Notes under the pieces: generated by a model
Told to the model about the DNA's origin: nothing
Databases searched by the model: none
Seen by the model: the letters and a program-made list of their open reading frames with translations, nothing else
Assembly: GCA_963782055.1 (NCBI GenBank)
Contig: CAWAIF010000003.1
Span: 2,720,001 to 2,784,000, forward strand
Length of the DNA stretch: 64,000 bases
Reading direction: 5' to 3'
DNA from: an uncultured delta proteobacterium
GTDB lineage: Bacteria; Myxococcota_A; Polyangia; Polyangiales; Polyangiaceae
Made by a program: the position numbers and the translations under genes
Shown here: positions 19,476 through 29,081 of the stretch, one piece after another
How positions within the stretch are numbered: the stretch's first letter is position 1
Layout of the letters: each line of letters begins with the position of its first letter

Positions 19476-21142
19476 TTACCTCTTCTTCTTCCGCCGGCGT
19501 CCGCCCGTCTTCTGGCGCCCGCCGTCATACCCAGTCTTGGCATGCGTTTTGCGATCCACAAGCTGAAGCGTTCGCCCGTCCTGGTGATGGTGCCACGTCA
19601 GGCCGGTGATCCTGGCTTCTTCGTTCTCGATGTCGTCCAGTTGCTGCTTCGTAAATCGCCGACGCTTCCGAGGGTCCTTCTCTAGGGCCTTCTTCAGATC
19701 GCGCGTGGCAAATTTCATCTGCGAGTCATCGGAAACAGATGGATTGCACATACGCTTCGGAAGCTTCTTGTTGTGAAGAGAATCGAATACAGGGTTTCCA
19801 GTCTTGTCGAACCGAACACCCGTCTTCTTGTGTCGCTTGCCGGCCATTTTCATCCGTGCAAGACCGAACGGATCGATGTCATGCGTCGGAGATCCGTCGA
19901 ACCGGAAGGCGTTCGAGTCACCATCTAGACCGAGCGGATCGGGACTCAGCCACCGCATTGTGTCTGGGTCCCAGTATCTATGCCGGACGTATTCAAGTCC
20001 TTCTTCGCAGTCGATGTAGTGCCCCTGAAGGCCGAAACTGAGCCCGTCAGACGCCTTCGTGCCACCCCAGACCGAAAGGTCGTCGCGCTCCAACACTTGG
20101 CCGGACGAGTGGACACCTCCCGTGACCGTCGCCACTGGGTCCTTCAAGTGCTGCACCCAGCGGCCATCGACGCGCTCGGCAACGGGCTCGATTCCGTCGT
20201 CCTCGAAGAGGTATGCTCGTTCGTCGACGATCTCGTCGCCGTTTTCCACCGCCCTTCGCCGCACTTCGTGTGCTAGCGCATCGCCGTCCCACACGAAGCG
20301 CGTGGTTGTCCCGAACACGCGGTCGCCCTCGGTTTCGGCCACTCGCTTTTCTATCCGTCGGGCGAACGGGTCGTACGAAAACTCGACATGCTTCCCATCC
20401 GGTGTGTCCACTTTCTGCAGCAGCCCCGCACCGTTCCACCCATACTGCCACACGCGCTCACCGCTCTCGGTGATTTCGCGCTTGCAAGAGAGCCGACCGT
20501 CACCGTCCCACTCGTATTGCGTGTTCCCCTTCTGCAGCAGTCGGTTGCCTCGGCCATAGCGGCGTTGTGGATCCTTGTCCCCGGCTTCGTAGATGTTGCC
20601 GGCCGGGTCGTACCGGAATACCTCTTCTCGTGCCTTGGCCGGGACCGAAGCCAGCAATTGCCCGACCGGGTCGTATCGGTACTCGGTCTTTCCCCGCCGT
20701 AGATCGTTCTTCTCAATCAGCTCTCCGTCCAGGTCGTACTGGTACGTGGTGTAGGAAGTAACGCCTTCGGGCATGCCCCCAACCCACTCGGGCTCGTCGG
20801 GTCCGGCGGATCGATGCTTTGCGGGAGAACGGACAACGCGTTGGGCAAGACGCCCCATGCGGTCGAAGCCGCTCTCCAGCATGCCTCCGCCCGGCAGGCG
20901 ACGTTGGACCTCGCGGGACAAGATATCGTTGACGTGGTCGATCTGATGGTTCCCGTCGAGCAAGGTACGGACTCGCGCGCCCATGGCATCGCGCTGGACA
21001 CGCTCGGTGTGACCAAGGCTGGTCTCACGGTAGCTGCGCTCGCCTGCAGGTTCATACGTGACGGCGACCCATTGGTCCGTGCCCGCGACGTTCTGGCTCT
21101 CACGGACGATGCGGCCCAACGCGTCGCGTTCGAAGCGGAGCG
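19476..21142 (-). pseudogene. Rhs repeat protein C-terminal half with WHH (HNH/EndoVII-fold) nuclease toxin, 5'-truncated by repeat A
   Basis: YD repeats, RYWDP...WLSPDPLG...IDPFGL core end, LTWHHHQDG...LQLV...TH. Confidence 0.9.
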
Positions 21143-21239
21143 CATAGGAAATGCTAGCGCGGTCGGGCGCGAAAGTTTACGAAATCCATCTCATGCGAAG
21201 TGGGGCCGTCCGGTGTCACTGGAAGGACGGACCAGGGTG
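21143..21239 (-). repeat. Repeat A copy 4 (intact), 38 bp downstream of the transposase stop codon
   Basis: 97-bp unit; dif-like site at 21174-21201. Confidence 0.97.
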
Positions 21240-21277
21240 AGCACGCGCTAGGCGGACGGGCGCGCTGCCGCGCGTGG

Positions 21278-22742
21278 TCAGGCGGCGGGGGGGGCGTCTG
21301 CGGCGAGGTCGAGGAGGTCGGTCGGATCGCGGGCGCGGGCAGGTGCGGGGGCTTCGGCGGGGAGGTCGAGAGCGCGGAGGATGCGGACCACGGCGGCGTC
21401 GTCGGTGATGACGGCGAGGGGACGGAGGCGGCCCCCGCAGGTCGGGCACTGGAGCACGTCGATCTCGAAGGTGCGGCGGAGCAGGCGCGGCCAGTCGATG
21501 CGGGATGTCGCTGCGTAGAGAAGGCCGCGGCGAAGGCGCTCCCAGTGGCCCACGGCGACGACGTTGGGTGCGAGACGGCGCACCTGGAGGTCTGCGGCGG
21601 CCGCGGGTGCGGCGGTCTCGGGCGCGGGTGGCGGGACTGGGAGGGGGAGGGCGAGCTGGCCCGCGGGCGGCGCGCTCGTGGTGCTGGCCGCCCCCGCGGG
21701 ATCGCGGCGCACGGGGTCGGGCCTCTCTGCCGCATGTGTGGTGTCGCGATGCGCCCGCCTCTCGATGGGCTGCCCGGGTTTCGCGGGGACGAGGGGGCGC
21801 GAAGGACGCGGAGGCCCGCAGGACGGGGCGGACGGCTCACGCGGCCTGGGGACCACGAGCTTTCGCCACGACAATCGGGGGGCGAGGACACCGTGGTAGC
21901 GGACAAGTGGGTAGCGCGGCGGCGGGACGAGCGCGGCGACGCGGGCGAGGAGCTCCACCGGAGTGAAGATCATGTGCTTCGCCTTGCCCGCGCGCGGCTG
22001 CTTGACGCGGTAGGCGACGCGGCCGTCGCGCAGGAGGCGTAGGCGCGAGAGGGCGAGCGCGGGGCGCAGGGCGTAGCGGCAGAGGCGCTCGCGGGCGAGA
22101 TCGTCCCGGACGCGGACGCCGGCGTGGAGGTTGAAGCCGGTGTCCTCCACCGCGCGGTGAGCCATGGCGGGGGCGGCTGCGTCGTCGTCGTCGTCGCCGC
22201 CGGGGTCGATCGCGAGCTTCAGCACCTTCGGGCGCTGCATCGCGAGAGCCACGCAGGCGTCGAGGGCGCTCGGCTCGACGTCGAGGTCCACCGGATCCTC
22301 GGAGAGGTGACCGTGGCGGCGGAGCCACGCGATGGCGCGACGGCTGACGGCGGTGACGAGCTGCTGCAGCTCGGCGCGGGTGGGCGCCGGCAACGGCACG
22401 AAGCCGAGGGCGCCGCTGGCCGCGTCCTCGAAGCCGACGGCGCGGGCGCGCCGGCGGTGGCTGGCGAAGATGGCGTCGGCGAAGATGCGCGCGAGCGCGC
22501 GCAGCACCACAGGGTCGAAGGCGGCGAGGCGGCGGAGCTCGTACGGCAGCGAGAGGACGTACTGGCGGAGGGGGACGTCCGGGAGCACGCGGTCGACCAG
22601 GTGGGCGGCGGTGTTCGCCATGCGACGGCCGGCGCAGCTCGGGCAGACGCTGCGGCCCTGCAGGAGAAGGCGACGAGCAGATCGTGGCCGCAGGTGTCGC
22701 ACCGGGCGCGGAGGAAGCCGTGGCGGAAGACGCCGCACCTCC
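21278..22742 (-). pseudogene. ISCR/IS91-like HUH transposase pseudogene
   Basis: RCGVFRHGF...CDTC...AFSC, CPSCAGRRM, GFNLHA, LCRYALRP, VRYHGVLAP present; N-terminus missing, frameshift ~22660, QR...HxH segment deleted ~22409. Confidence 0.9.
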
Positions 22743-22849
22743 ACCCTTGGGGCGGCCGGGTGGCCCCGGAGAGCCAGGCAGGACACCGGGACGGCTCGCC
22801 CGGTACCTTCGACCTCGGCGCCCCCGCCCAGGTGCTAAGGTGTCCCCCG

Positions 22850-25618
22850 ATGCTCGAGAAGGGCGACAAGGTCGCGCACTACGTCGTCGAGCACATGCTC
22901 GGCAAGGGCGGCATGGGTGCGGTCTACCTCGCCGTCGACGAGCGCCTCGGCCGCCGCGTCGCCCTCAAGGTCATCCTGGAGTCGGAGCGCGCGGAGGAGA
23001 CGCGGGAGGGCGCGGCCCGCCTGCTGCGGGAGGCCCGCGCCGCCGCCTCGCTCACCCACCCCAACGTGGTGAGCGTCTTCGACGTGGGCGAGCACGAGGG
23101 GCGCGTCTACCTCGCCATGGAGTACGTCGTCGGCAAGACGCTCCGCGAGATGATGGACGAGCCGGACATCCCCTGGCAAAAGCGCCTGCGCTGGCTGGTG
23201 GACGCCGCCCGCGCGCTCGCCGCGGCGCACCGCTCCGGGCTGGTGCACCGCGACATCAAGCCGGAGAACGTCATGGTCCGCGACGACGGCCTGGTGAAGG
23301 TGCTGGACTTCGGCATCGCGCGCCGCCTCGGTCCGGTCATCGCCCCCGGCGCCGAGGGCGTCGACCCCGTCGCGCGGACCGAGCTCGCCAACGTCGCCAC
23401 CCTCACCGGCAAGGGCGTCGTCATCGGCACGCCGATGTACATGGCGCCCGAGCAGCTCAAGGGCGGCGCGCCGGACCCGCGCACCGACCAGTTCGCGTGG
23501 GGCGTGCTCTGCTTCGAGGTCCTCTCCGGCGAGCGCCCGTGGCCGCAGAAGTCGGACCTGCTCGCCGCCGTCGCCACCATCCTCACCGAGCCCCCGGAGT
23601 CGCTCCGCAAGCGGGTGCCGGAGGTGCCGCCCGCCGTGGAGGCCACGGTGGCGCGCGCCCTCTCGCGCAATCCGTCGGAGCGCTTCGAGTCGATGGACGA
23701 CATCGCCGACGCCCTCGACGCCCTCGCCACCCGCAGCGGGCAGACCGGCTCCGGCGAGCTCACGGCGCGCGCCCGCCCGGCGCGCAAGGAGGAGCCTGCG
23801 GCGGGAGGCGACACCCGGCCGTCGACGCCCGCGGTGGAGGCGAAGGCCGAGCCGAAGGAGCGCCCCAGCGTCACGAGCGGCCAGGCGATGGTCACCGCCA
23901 AGTCGCCGGAGCACCCGCTGGCCCCGCCCCCGCAGCGCCTCCCGCGCCGGCGGCGGTGGCACTTCGTGCTGGGCGTGGCGGTGACGCTCGCCGGGGTGGG
24001 TGTATGGTACAAGTTCTTCCGGCGGCCGCCGGTGGTGGTCGCCAGGCCCGTCGTCGACGCCGGCAGCGTCGTCGCGCCCTCCGTGAGCGCCGGGCCCGTC
24101 TCGGACAACGCCGCGGCCTCCGCGGCGTACCTCGAGGGCATCCAGCACTGGCGCGACGGCGCGGAGGGTCGCAGCCGGGAGAGTCTGCAGCGGGCGATCG
24201 CCCTCGACCCGGGGCTGGCCGCCGCGCACCTCTTCCTCGCGCTGCAGGCGCTGCACGGCGATCCCTCGGAGGCCCAGGCGCAGTACCAGAAGGCGTTCCT
24301 CTACCGCTCCCGGCTGGACACGCGTGACGCCGCTCTGCTGGACGTCCTCGACCCGCTGGTGCGCGCCTCCGCCGACCTCGGCGACGCCGAGGCTCGCCTG
24401 ACGAAGGTGACGCGGAAGATGCCGAAGGACCCGCTCTTTCTCTACCTCCTCGGCTACGTCCGGCAGGGCCGCAGCGATTTCGAGAAGGCGCGCGACGCCT
24501 ACGAGGACGCCATCCACCTCGACGCCGCCTTCATGCCCGCCTGGCGCGCCAAGGGCGACGTGCTCCGGCTGCTGGGCAACGTGGACGGCGCGCTGGAGGC
24601 GTACGACCACTGCATCAAGGCCTCGCCCGCCGCGACGACGTGTCTGCAGCAGCGCATCCTCTTGCTGCGCGACCGCGGAGAGTGCGACCGCATGGAGCAG
24701 GACGCGCGCGCCTGGCAGGCGGTGGAGCCCGCCTCCGCCGACGCGAGCTACTACGTCGCCGCCGCGCTCATGGCGCGCGGCCAGCCGGAGGAGGCGGTGC
24801 GCGTGGCCCTCAAGCGGCAGTGGGACGCCATGCCGGTGGCCGACCGCGATGCCGGCGAGGCCCAGGACCTCGCCAACCTGGCGCTGTACGGCGGGGACTT
24901 CGCCACCGCGGCGAAGGAGACGCGCGCGTGGGAGCGTGCCATCTCGGAGCAGGCGGTGATGCTCCACGCAGGCCCCCGCCACCAGCTCGCCCTCATCGCC
25001 TACGAGACCGGCGAGATGCAGGACGCGGCGAAGACCGCCGCCGACTTCCTGAAGATCGTCCCCGCGCTCACGCCCGACCCGATGGGCAACGACCCGACCA
25101 TCTGGGCCGACGAGTACCTGTACCGCGGCAACATGATCTCCAAGGACGAGCTGGAGAAGCGGCGCGCGACCTGGCTCCGCCAGCAGGAGTCCAGCCGGAC
25201 GCAGCAGGAGAACCTGCGCATGGCGCCCTTCCGCTGGGTGATGCTCTACGCGGGCTTCTCCGAGAACCAGGACGAGGCGAAGGAGGCGCTCGACAAGCTG
25301 CCCGACTTCCTGCCCCTGCCCCCCGACGCCCGCCGCACCGCCACCTTCAACGCCGACGTGGGCAAGGTCGACGCGCTCGCGGGCAAGTACGACGAGGCCA
25401 TCCCGTCGCTGCGCGCGGTGACGGGCGCGTGCATCGCCCTCGGGGAGCCGCAGCTCCAGACGCGCGCCTTCTACTTCCTCGGCCTCGCGCTGGAAGGGAA
25501 GGGGGACCTGGAGGGCGCGCGCAAGGCCTACCAGGTCGTCGTCGACCGCTGGGGCAACGCCAAGCCGCGCAGCACCACGGCGGAGGCGGCGAAGGCGCGG
25601 CTGAAGCAGCTCGAGTAG
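22850..25618 (+). CDS. Membrane Ser/Thr protein kinase with TPR repeats
   Basis: GKGGMG, VALK, HRDIKPEN, DFG, YMAPE; TM helix; TPR-like C-terminus. Confidence 0.95.
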   Translation: MLEKGDKVAHYVVEHMLGKGGMGAVYLAVDERLGRRVALKVILESERAEETREGAARLLREARAAASLTHPNVVSVFDVGEHEGRVYLAMEYVVGKTLREMMDEPDIPWQKRLRWLVDAARALAAAHRSGLVHRDIKPENVMVRDDGLVKVLDFGIARRLGPVIAPGAEGVDPVARTELANVATLTGKGVVIGTPMYMAPEQLKGGAPDPRTDQFAWGVLCFEVLSGERPWPQKSDLLAAVATILTEPPESLRKRVPEVPPAVEATVARALSRNPSERFESMDDIADALDALATRSGQTGSGELTARARPARKEEPAAGGDTRPSTPAVEAKAEPKERPSVTSGQAMVTAKSPEHPLAPPPQRLPRRRRWHFVLGVAVTLAGVGVWYKFFRRPPVVVARPVVDAGSVVAPSVSAGPVSDNAAASAAYLEGIQHWRDGAEGRSRESLQRAIALDPGLAAAHLFLALQALHGDPSEAQAQYQKAFLYRSRLDTRDAALLDVLDPLVRASADLGDAEARLTKVTRKMPKDPLFLYLLGYVRQGRSDFEKARDAYEDAIHLDAAFMPAWRAKGDVLRLLGNVDGALEAYDHCIKASPAATTCLQQRILLLRDRGECDRMEQDARAWQAVEPASADASYYVAAALMARGQPEEAVRVALKRQWDAMPVADRDAGEAQDLANLALYGGDFATAAKETRAWERAISEQAVMLHAGPRHQLALIAYETGEMQDAAKTAADFLKIVPALTPDPMGNDPTIWADEYLYRGNMISKDELEKRRATWLRQQESSRTQQENLRMAPFRWVMLYAGFSENQDEAKEALDKLPDFLPLPPDARRTATFNADVGKVDALAGKYDEAIPSLRAVTGACIALGEPQLQTRAFYFLGLALEGKGDLEGARKAYQVVVDRWGNAKPRSTTAEAAKARLKQLE

Positions 25619-27325
25619 ATGGACCGGGAGCGCGCGTTCCCCGACCTCGACGCGGCGTGGGTCCTTCATGACGGCGAGGACCTGCTCGCGATCGACAAGC
25701 CCGCGGGCGTGCCCTCGCAGGCGGCCGACCCGCAGGTGCCCGACGACGTGGTCTCGCGGCTGCGTCGCGACCTGACCGGCCGAGGAAAGGACCCCTACCT
25801 GGGCGTGCACCAGCGTCTGGACGCCGAGACAAGCGGGGTGCTCGTCTTCGTGCGGCGCAAGGAGCACAACGCCCACGTCGCGCGCCAGTTCGAGGGGCGC
25901 CACGTGGACAAGCGCTACCTCGCCTGCGTGCGGGGGTGGCCGGCGCGCACCGCAGAGACGACGCTCCGCCACCACCTGGAGGAGCAGGGCGGGCGGCAGG
26001 TGCCCGGGCGCAAGGGCGGCCGTGGCAAGCTCGCCGTCACCCACGTGAGGGTGCTGGAGCGCGCCGGGGACAGGGCGATGCTGGAGCTCCGGCTGGAGAC
26101 CGGCCGCACCCACCAGGCGCGCGCGCAGCTCGCCGCGGCGGGCGCGCCGATCGCCGGCGACGCGCTGTACGGCGGCGCGGCGGCGCCGCGACTGATGCTC
26201 CACGCGCGCTCGCTCGCGATGCCCGGGCCGAAGGGGCGCCGCCTGCGCTTCGAGGCGCCCGTCCCGCCCGCCTTCGGGGAGTGGCTGGCGCGTGGAGACG
26301 CGGGGGAGCGCGTCTTCGACGACCTCCCGGCGCTCGAGCGGTCCCTGCGACTTGCATGCAATCGGCGCTTCGGCCTGCTCCGCTGCATGCCGCCCGCGCG
26401 CGCCACCACCGCGTTCCGGCTCGTCAACGAGGGCGGCGACGCGCTCCCCGGCCTGGCCGTCGACGTCTACGACGATCACCTGGTCGCGCAGCTCTACGCG
26501 GACGACGCAGGTCGCGCCTGGCACGAGGCGCGCCGCGGCCGCGTGCTCGATGCGCTGGCCGGGCTCGGCTTCGACGGCGTCTACCTGAAGGTGCGCCCGA
26601 AGCAGGCCAACACCCTGGTCGACACCCGCCGGGAGGACCTCGCCCCGCGCGAGCCGGTGCGCGGTACGCCGGCGCCGGACCCGCTCGTCGTCAGCGAGGA
26701 GGGCATCGAGTACCTGGTGCGGCTGGGCGACGGCCTGTCCACCGGCCTCTTCCTCGATCAGCGCGCCAACCGCCGGCGCGTGCGCGCGGCCGCGGCGGGC
26801 AAGCGGGTGCTCAACCTCTTCTCCTACACGTGCGGCTTCAGCATCGCCGCGGCGGTGGGCGGCGCGGCCCGCACGACCAGCGTGGACGCCTCCCCGGCGG
26901 CGCTGGAGCGCGGGCGGGAGGGCTTCGCGCACCTCGGGTTCGATCCCGGCGCGCACGACTTCGTCGCCGAGGACGCCTTCGCGTGGCTTCGCCGCGCCGC
27001 GAAGAAGGGCGCGCGTTACGACCTGATCGTCCTCGACCCGCCCAGCTACTCCTCCACCCGCGCGCGGCGCTTCGTCGCCTCCTCCGACTACGCCGAGCTC
27101 GCCGCGCAGGCGCTCGCGCTGCTCTCTGCCGGCGGCGCGATGCTCGCGTGCACCAATCACCGCGGCATCCCGGCGGCGAAGTTCCGCCGGGTGCTCTTCG
27201 ACGCCGCGCGTCTGGCCGACGTGGACGTCGCCCAGGTGAAGGACCTCCCGCCCCCGGCGGACTACCCGCCGCCCCTCGGTGGAGAGGCGCACCTGAAGGC
27301 GGTGTGGGTCACGCGCCGTCCTTGA
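25619..27325 (+). CDS. RluA-family pseudouridine synthase fused to an RlmI/RlmK-like SAM methyltransferase
   Basis: DKPAG, HQRLDAETSG, TGRTHQ, GDALYG; then TGLFLDQR, VLNLFSYT, LDPPSY. Confidence 0.9.
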   Translation: MDRERAFPDLDAAWVLHDGEDLLAIDKPAGVPSQAADPQVPDDVVSRLRRDLTGRGKDPYLGVHQRLDAETSGVLVFVRRKEHNAHVARQFEGRHVDKRYLACVRGWPARTAETTLRHHLEEQGGRQVPGRKGGRGKLAVTHVRVLERAGDRAMLELRLETGRTHQARAQLAAAGAPIAGDALYGGAAAPRLMLHARSLAMPGPKGRRLRFEAPVPPAFGEWLARGDAGERVFDDLPALERSLRLACNRRFGLLRCMPPARATTAFRLVNEGGDALPGLAVDVYDDHLVAQLYADDAGRAWHEARRGRVLDALAGLGFDGVYLKVRPKQANTLVDTRREDLAPREPVRGTPAPDPLVVSEEGIEYLVRLGDGLSTGLFLDQRANRRRVRAAAAGKRVLNLFSYTCGFSIAAAVGGAARTTSVDASPAALERGREGFAHLGFDPGAHDFVAEDAFAWLRRAAKKGARYDLIVLDPPSYSSTRARRFVASSDYAELAAQALALLSAGGAMLACTNHRGIPAAKFRRVLFDAARLADVDVAQVKDLPPPADYPPPLGGEAHLKAVWVTRRP

Positions 27326-27355
27326 CCTGCGCGGTGCCGCTTCACGGCGACCGGA

Positions 27356-28555
27356 TCAGCAGGCCTTGGCGGTGACCTGGATGACCTTGTCCTGCATCCC
27401 GGCGATCTCCCGGATGAGCGCCTCGGGCGGCGAGCCTGAGAGGCGGATGACGGCGACGGCGGCCTTGGCCCCGGCGAAGATGGTGTTGGTCATCTCCTCC
27501 ACGTTCAGGCCGTGGTTGCGGATCACCTGCAGCACCGCGGCGAGGACGCCCACCTTGTCCAGGTGACGCACCAGGAGCTGCACCTGCGCCGGCGAGTGGC
27601 GCTCCACGTTCACCGAGTTGGGCACGCTGCCGCTGGTCACGAACTCGCGGCAGATGCGCACGGCCTCCGCGGCGATGGCGTTCTGCGCCTGCTCGGTGCT
27701 CGCGCCGATGTGGTGGGTGCCGACGAACCCGGGCAGCGACGCGATCTCCCCGGCGAAGGCGCCCGTGCCGCCCTCCGGCTCGGGGTCGAAGACGTCCAGG
27801 CCGGCGCGCAGGCCCCGCTCCTTCATCGCCCGCACCAGCGCCTCCTGGTCGACGACGCCGCCGCGGCTGGTGTTGATGAACATGGCGCCGGGCTTCATCC
27901 GCGCGAAGAACTCCACGCCGAAGAGCTTCCGCGTCTCCTGCACCTGCGGGACGTGCACCGTCACGACGTCCGCGCGCTCGGCGAGCTCGAAGAGCGTCGA
28001 GCAGTGCTCGATGCCCAGGGCGTCGATGAGCGTCGCGTCGACCGGCACCGAGTGGGCGAGCAGCTCCATCTCGAAGGCCGCCGCGCGCGCGGCGACGGCC
28101 TGGCCGATCGCGCCCAGGCCCACGATGCCGAGCGTCTTGCCCTTCAGCCCGTCCGCCTTGCCGTACTCCTTCTTGTTCCACACCCCGGCGCGCAGGTCGG
28201 CGGTGCACTGCGGGACGCGCCGGTCGAGCGCCAGCATCAGGCCCATCGCCAGCTCGGCGACGGCGACGCTGTTCTTGCCCGGGCAGTTGGCGACGTAGAT
28301 GCCGCGCTCGCTCGCGGCGGCGACGTCGATGGTGTCGGTCCCGGCGCCCGCGCGCAGGATGAGCTCCAGGCCCCCGGCGCGCTCGATGATCGCGCGCGTC
28401 ACCTTGGTGCTGCGCACCACCAGGATCTCGACGTCCTTCGCGGCGGTGGCGAGCGCGTCACCGGAGAGGTCCGGCAGGTAGTCGACGCTCGCGCCCAGCG
28501 TCTTGAGCTCGGCGACGTAGGTCTCCGGGAACTTGTCGGCGATGAGGATGCGCAT
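27356..28555 (-). CDS. serA: D-3-phosphoglycerate dehydrogenase-like protein with ACT domain
   Basis: RAGAGTDTID, GLGAIG, INTSRG, LDVF, HIGASTEQAQ, C-terminal ACT. Confidence 0.85.
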   Translation of the reverse strand: MRILIADKFPETYVAELKTLGASVDYLPDLSGDALATAAKDVEILVVRSTKVTRAIIERAGGLELILRAGAGTDTIDVAAASERGIYVANCPGKNSVAVAELAMGLMLALDRRVPQCTADLRAGVWNKKEYGKADGLKGKTLGIVGLGAIGQAVAARAAAFEMELLAHSVPVDATLIDALGIEHCSTLFELAERADVVTVHVPQVQETRKLFGVEFFARMKPGAMFINTSRGGVVDQEALVRAMKERGLRAGLDVFDPEPEGGTGAFAGEIASLPGFVGTHHIGASTEQAQNAIAAEAVRICREFVTSGSVPNSVNVERHSPAQVQLLVRHLDKVGVLAAVLQVIRNHGLNVEEMTNTIFAGAKAAVAVIRLSGSPPEALIREIAGMQDKVIQVTAKAC

Positions 28556-28568
28556 GCGCGCCAGAGTA

Positions 28569-29081
28569 TCAGCGCGCGCAGGGAATGGGCGCTCCAGCGC
28601 GCGCGGCGGCGTCCACCGTGTCGTTGAAGGCGTTCATGGAGTCGATGGCCTCGCCGTTGGCGTCGTTCTTGGCGTGGTAGGCGAGCACCCCGAAGACGAC
28701 GCCGAGCACCCCGGAGGCGACCCCCGCGCCGAAGAAGGCGAGGGCGACGTCCGGCTGGTCGAGGAAGCCGAGCCCCGCGAGCCCGCCCAGCGCGGCGGTG
28801 CCGAAGCTCAGGCCGAGCGCGGTGAAGACCGTTCCGCGCGAGCCGGCGGCCTCCGCCTCCATCGCGTGGCCACGGGCCACCGGCACGCACCGGACGTAGT
28901 CGGCGAGGCCGCCGTAGCCGGTGCCCTGCGTCACCTTGCGCCCGCTGGCCCACATCTGGAAGCCGCTGTCGTACTGCAGGATGAGCTCGTGCGGCACCGC
29001 GAGCTTCGGCTCGTAGTGTGACTGGGCCGCGCAGCCCGCGGCCGCCAGCACCAGCAGGATGGTCAGGGCGAGGCGGCGCAT
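28569..29081 (-). CDS. Lipoprotein/membrane protein
   Basis: MRRLALTILLVLAAAGC; two hydrophobic helices. Confidence 0.75.
   Translation of the reverse strand: MRRLALTILLVLAAAGCAAQSHYEPKLAVPHELILQYDSGFQMWASGRKVTQGTGYGGLADYVRCVPVARGHAMEAEAAGSRGTVFTALGLSFGTAALGGLAGLGFLDQPDVALAFFGAGVASGVLGVVFGVLAYHAKNDANGEAIDSMNAFNDTVDAAARAGAPIPCAR

Noticed and set aside
5757..21239. Repeat A or B as a CRISPR array
   Set aside because: Units are 97-121 bp, the intervening DNA is 0.5-7 kb, and no cas genes are present.
22835..27292. 1485-aa minus-strand ORF and other long antisense ORFs
   Set aside because: Shadow frames of real genes in high-GC DNA; no recognisable motifs.
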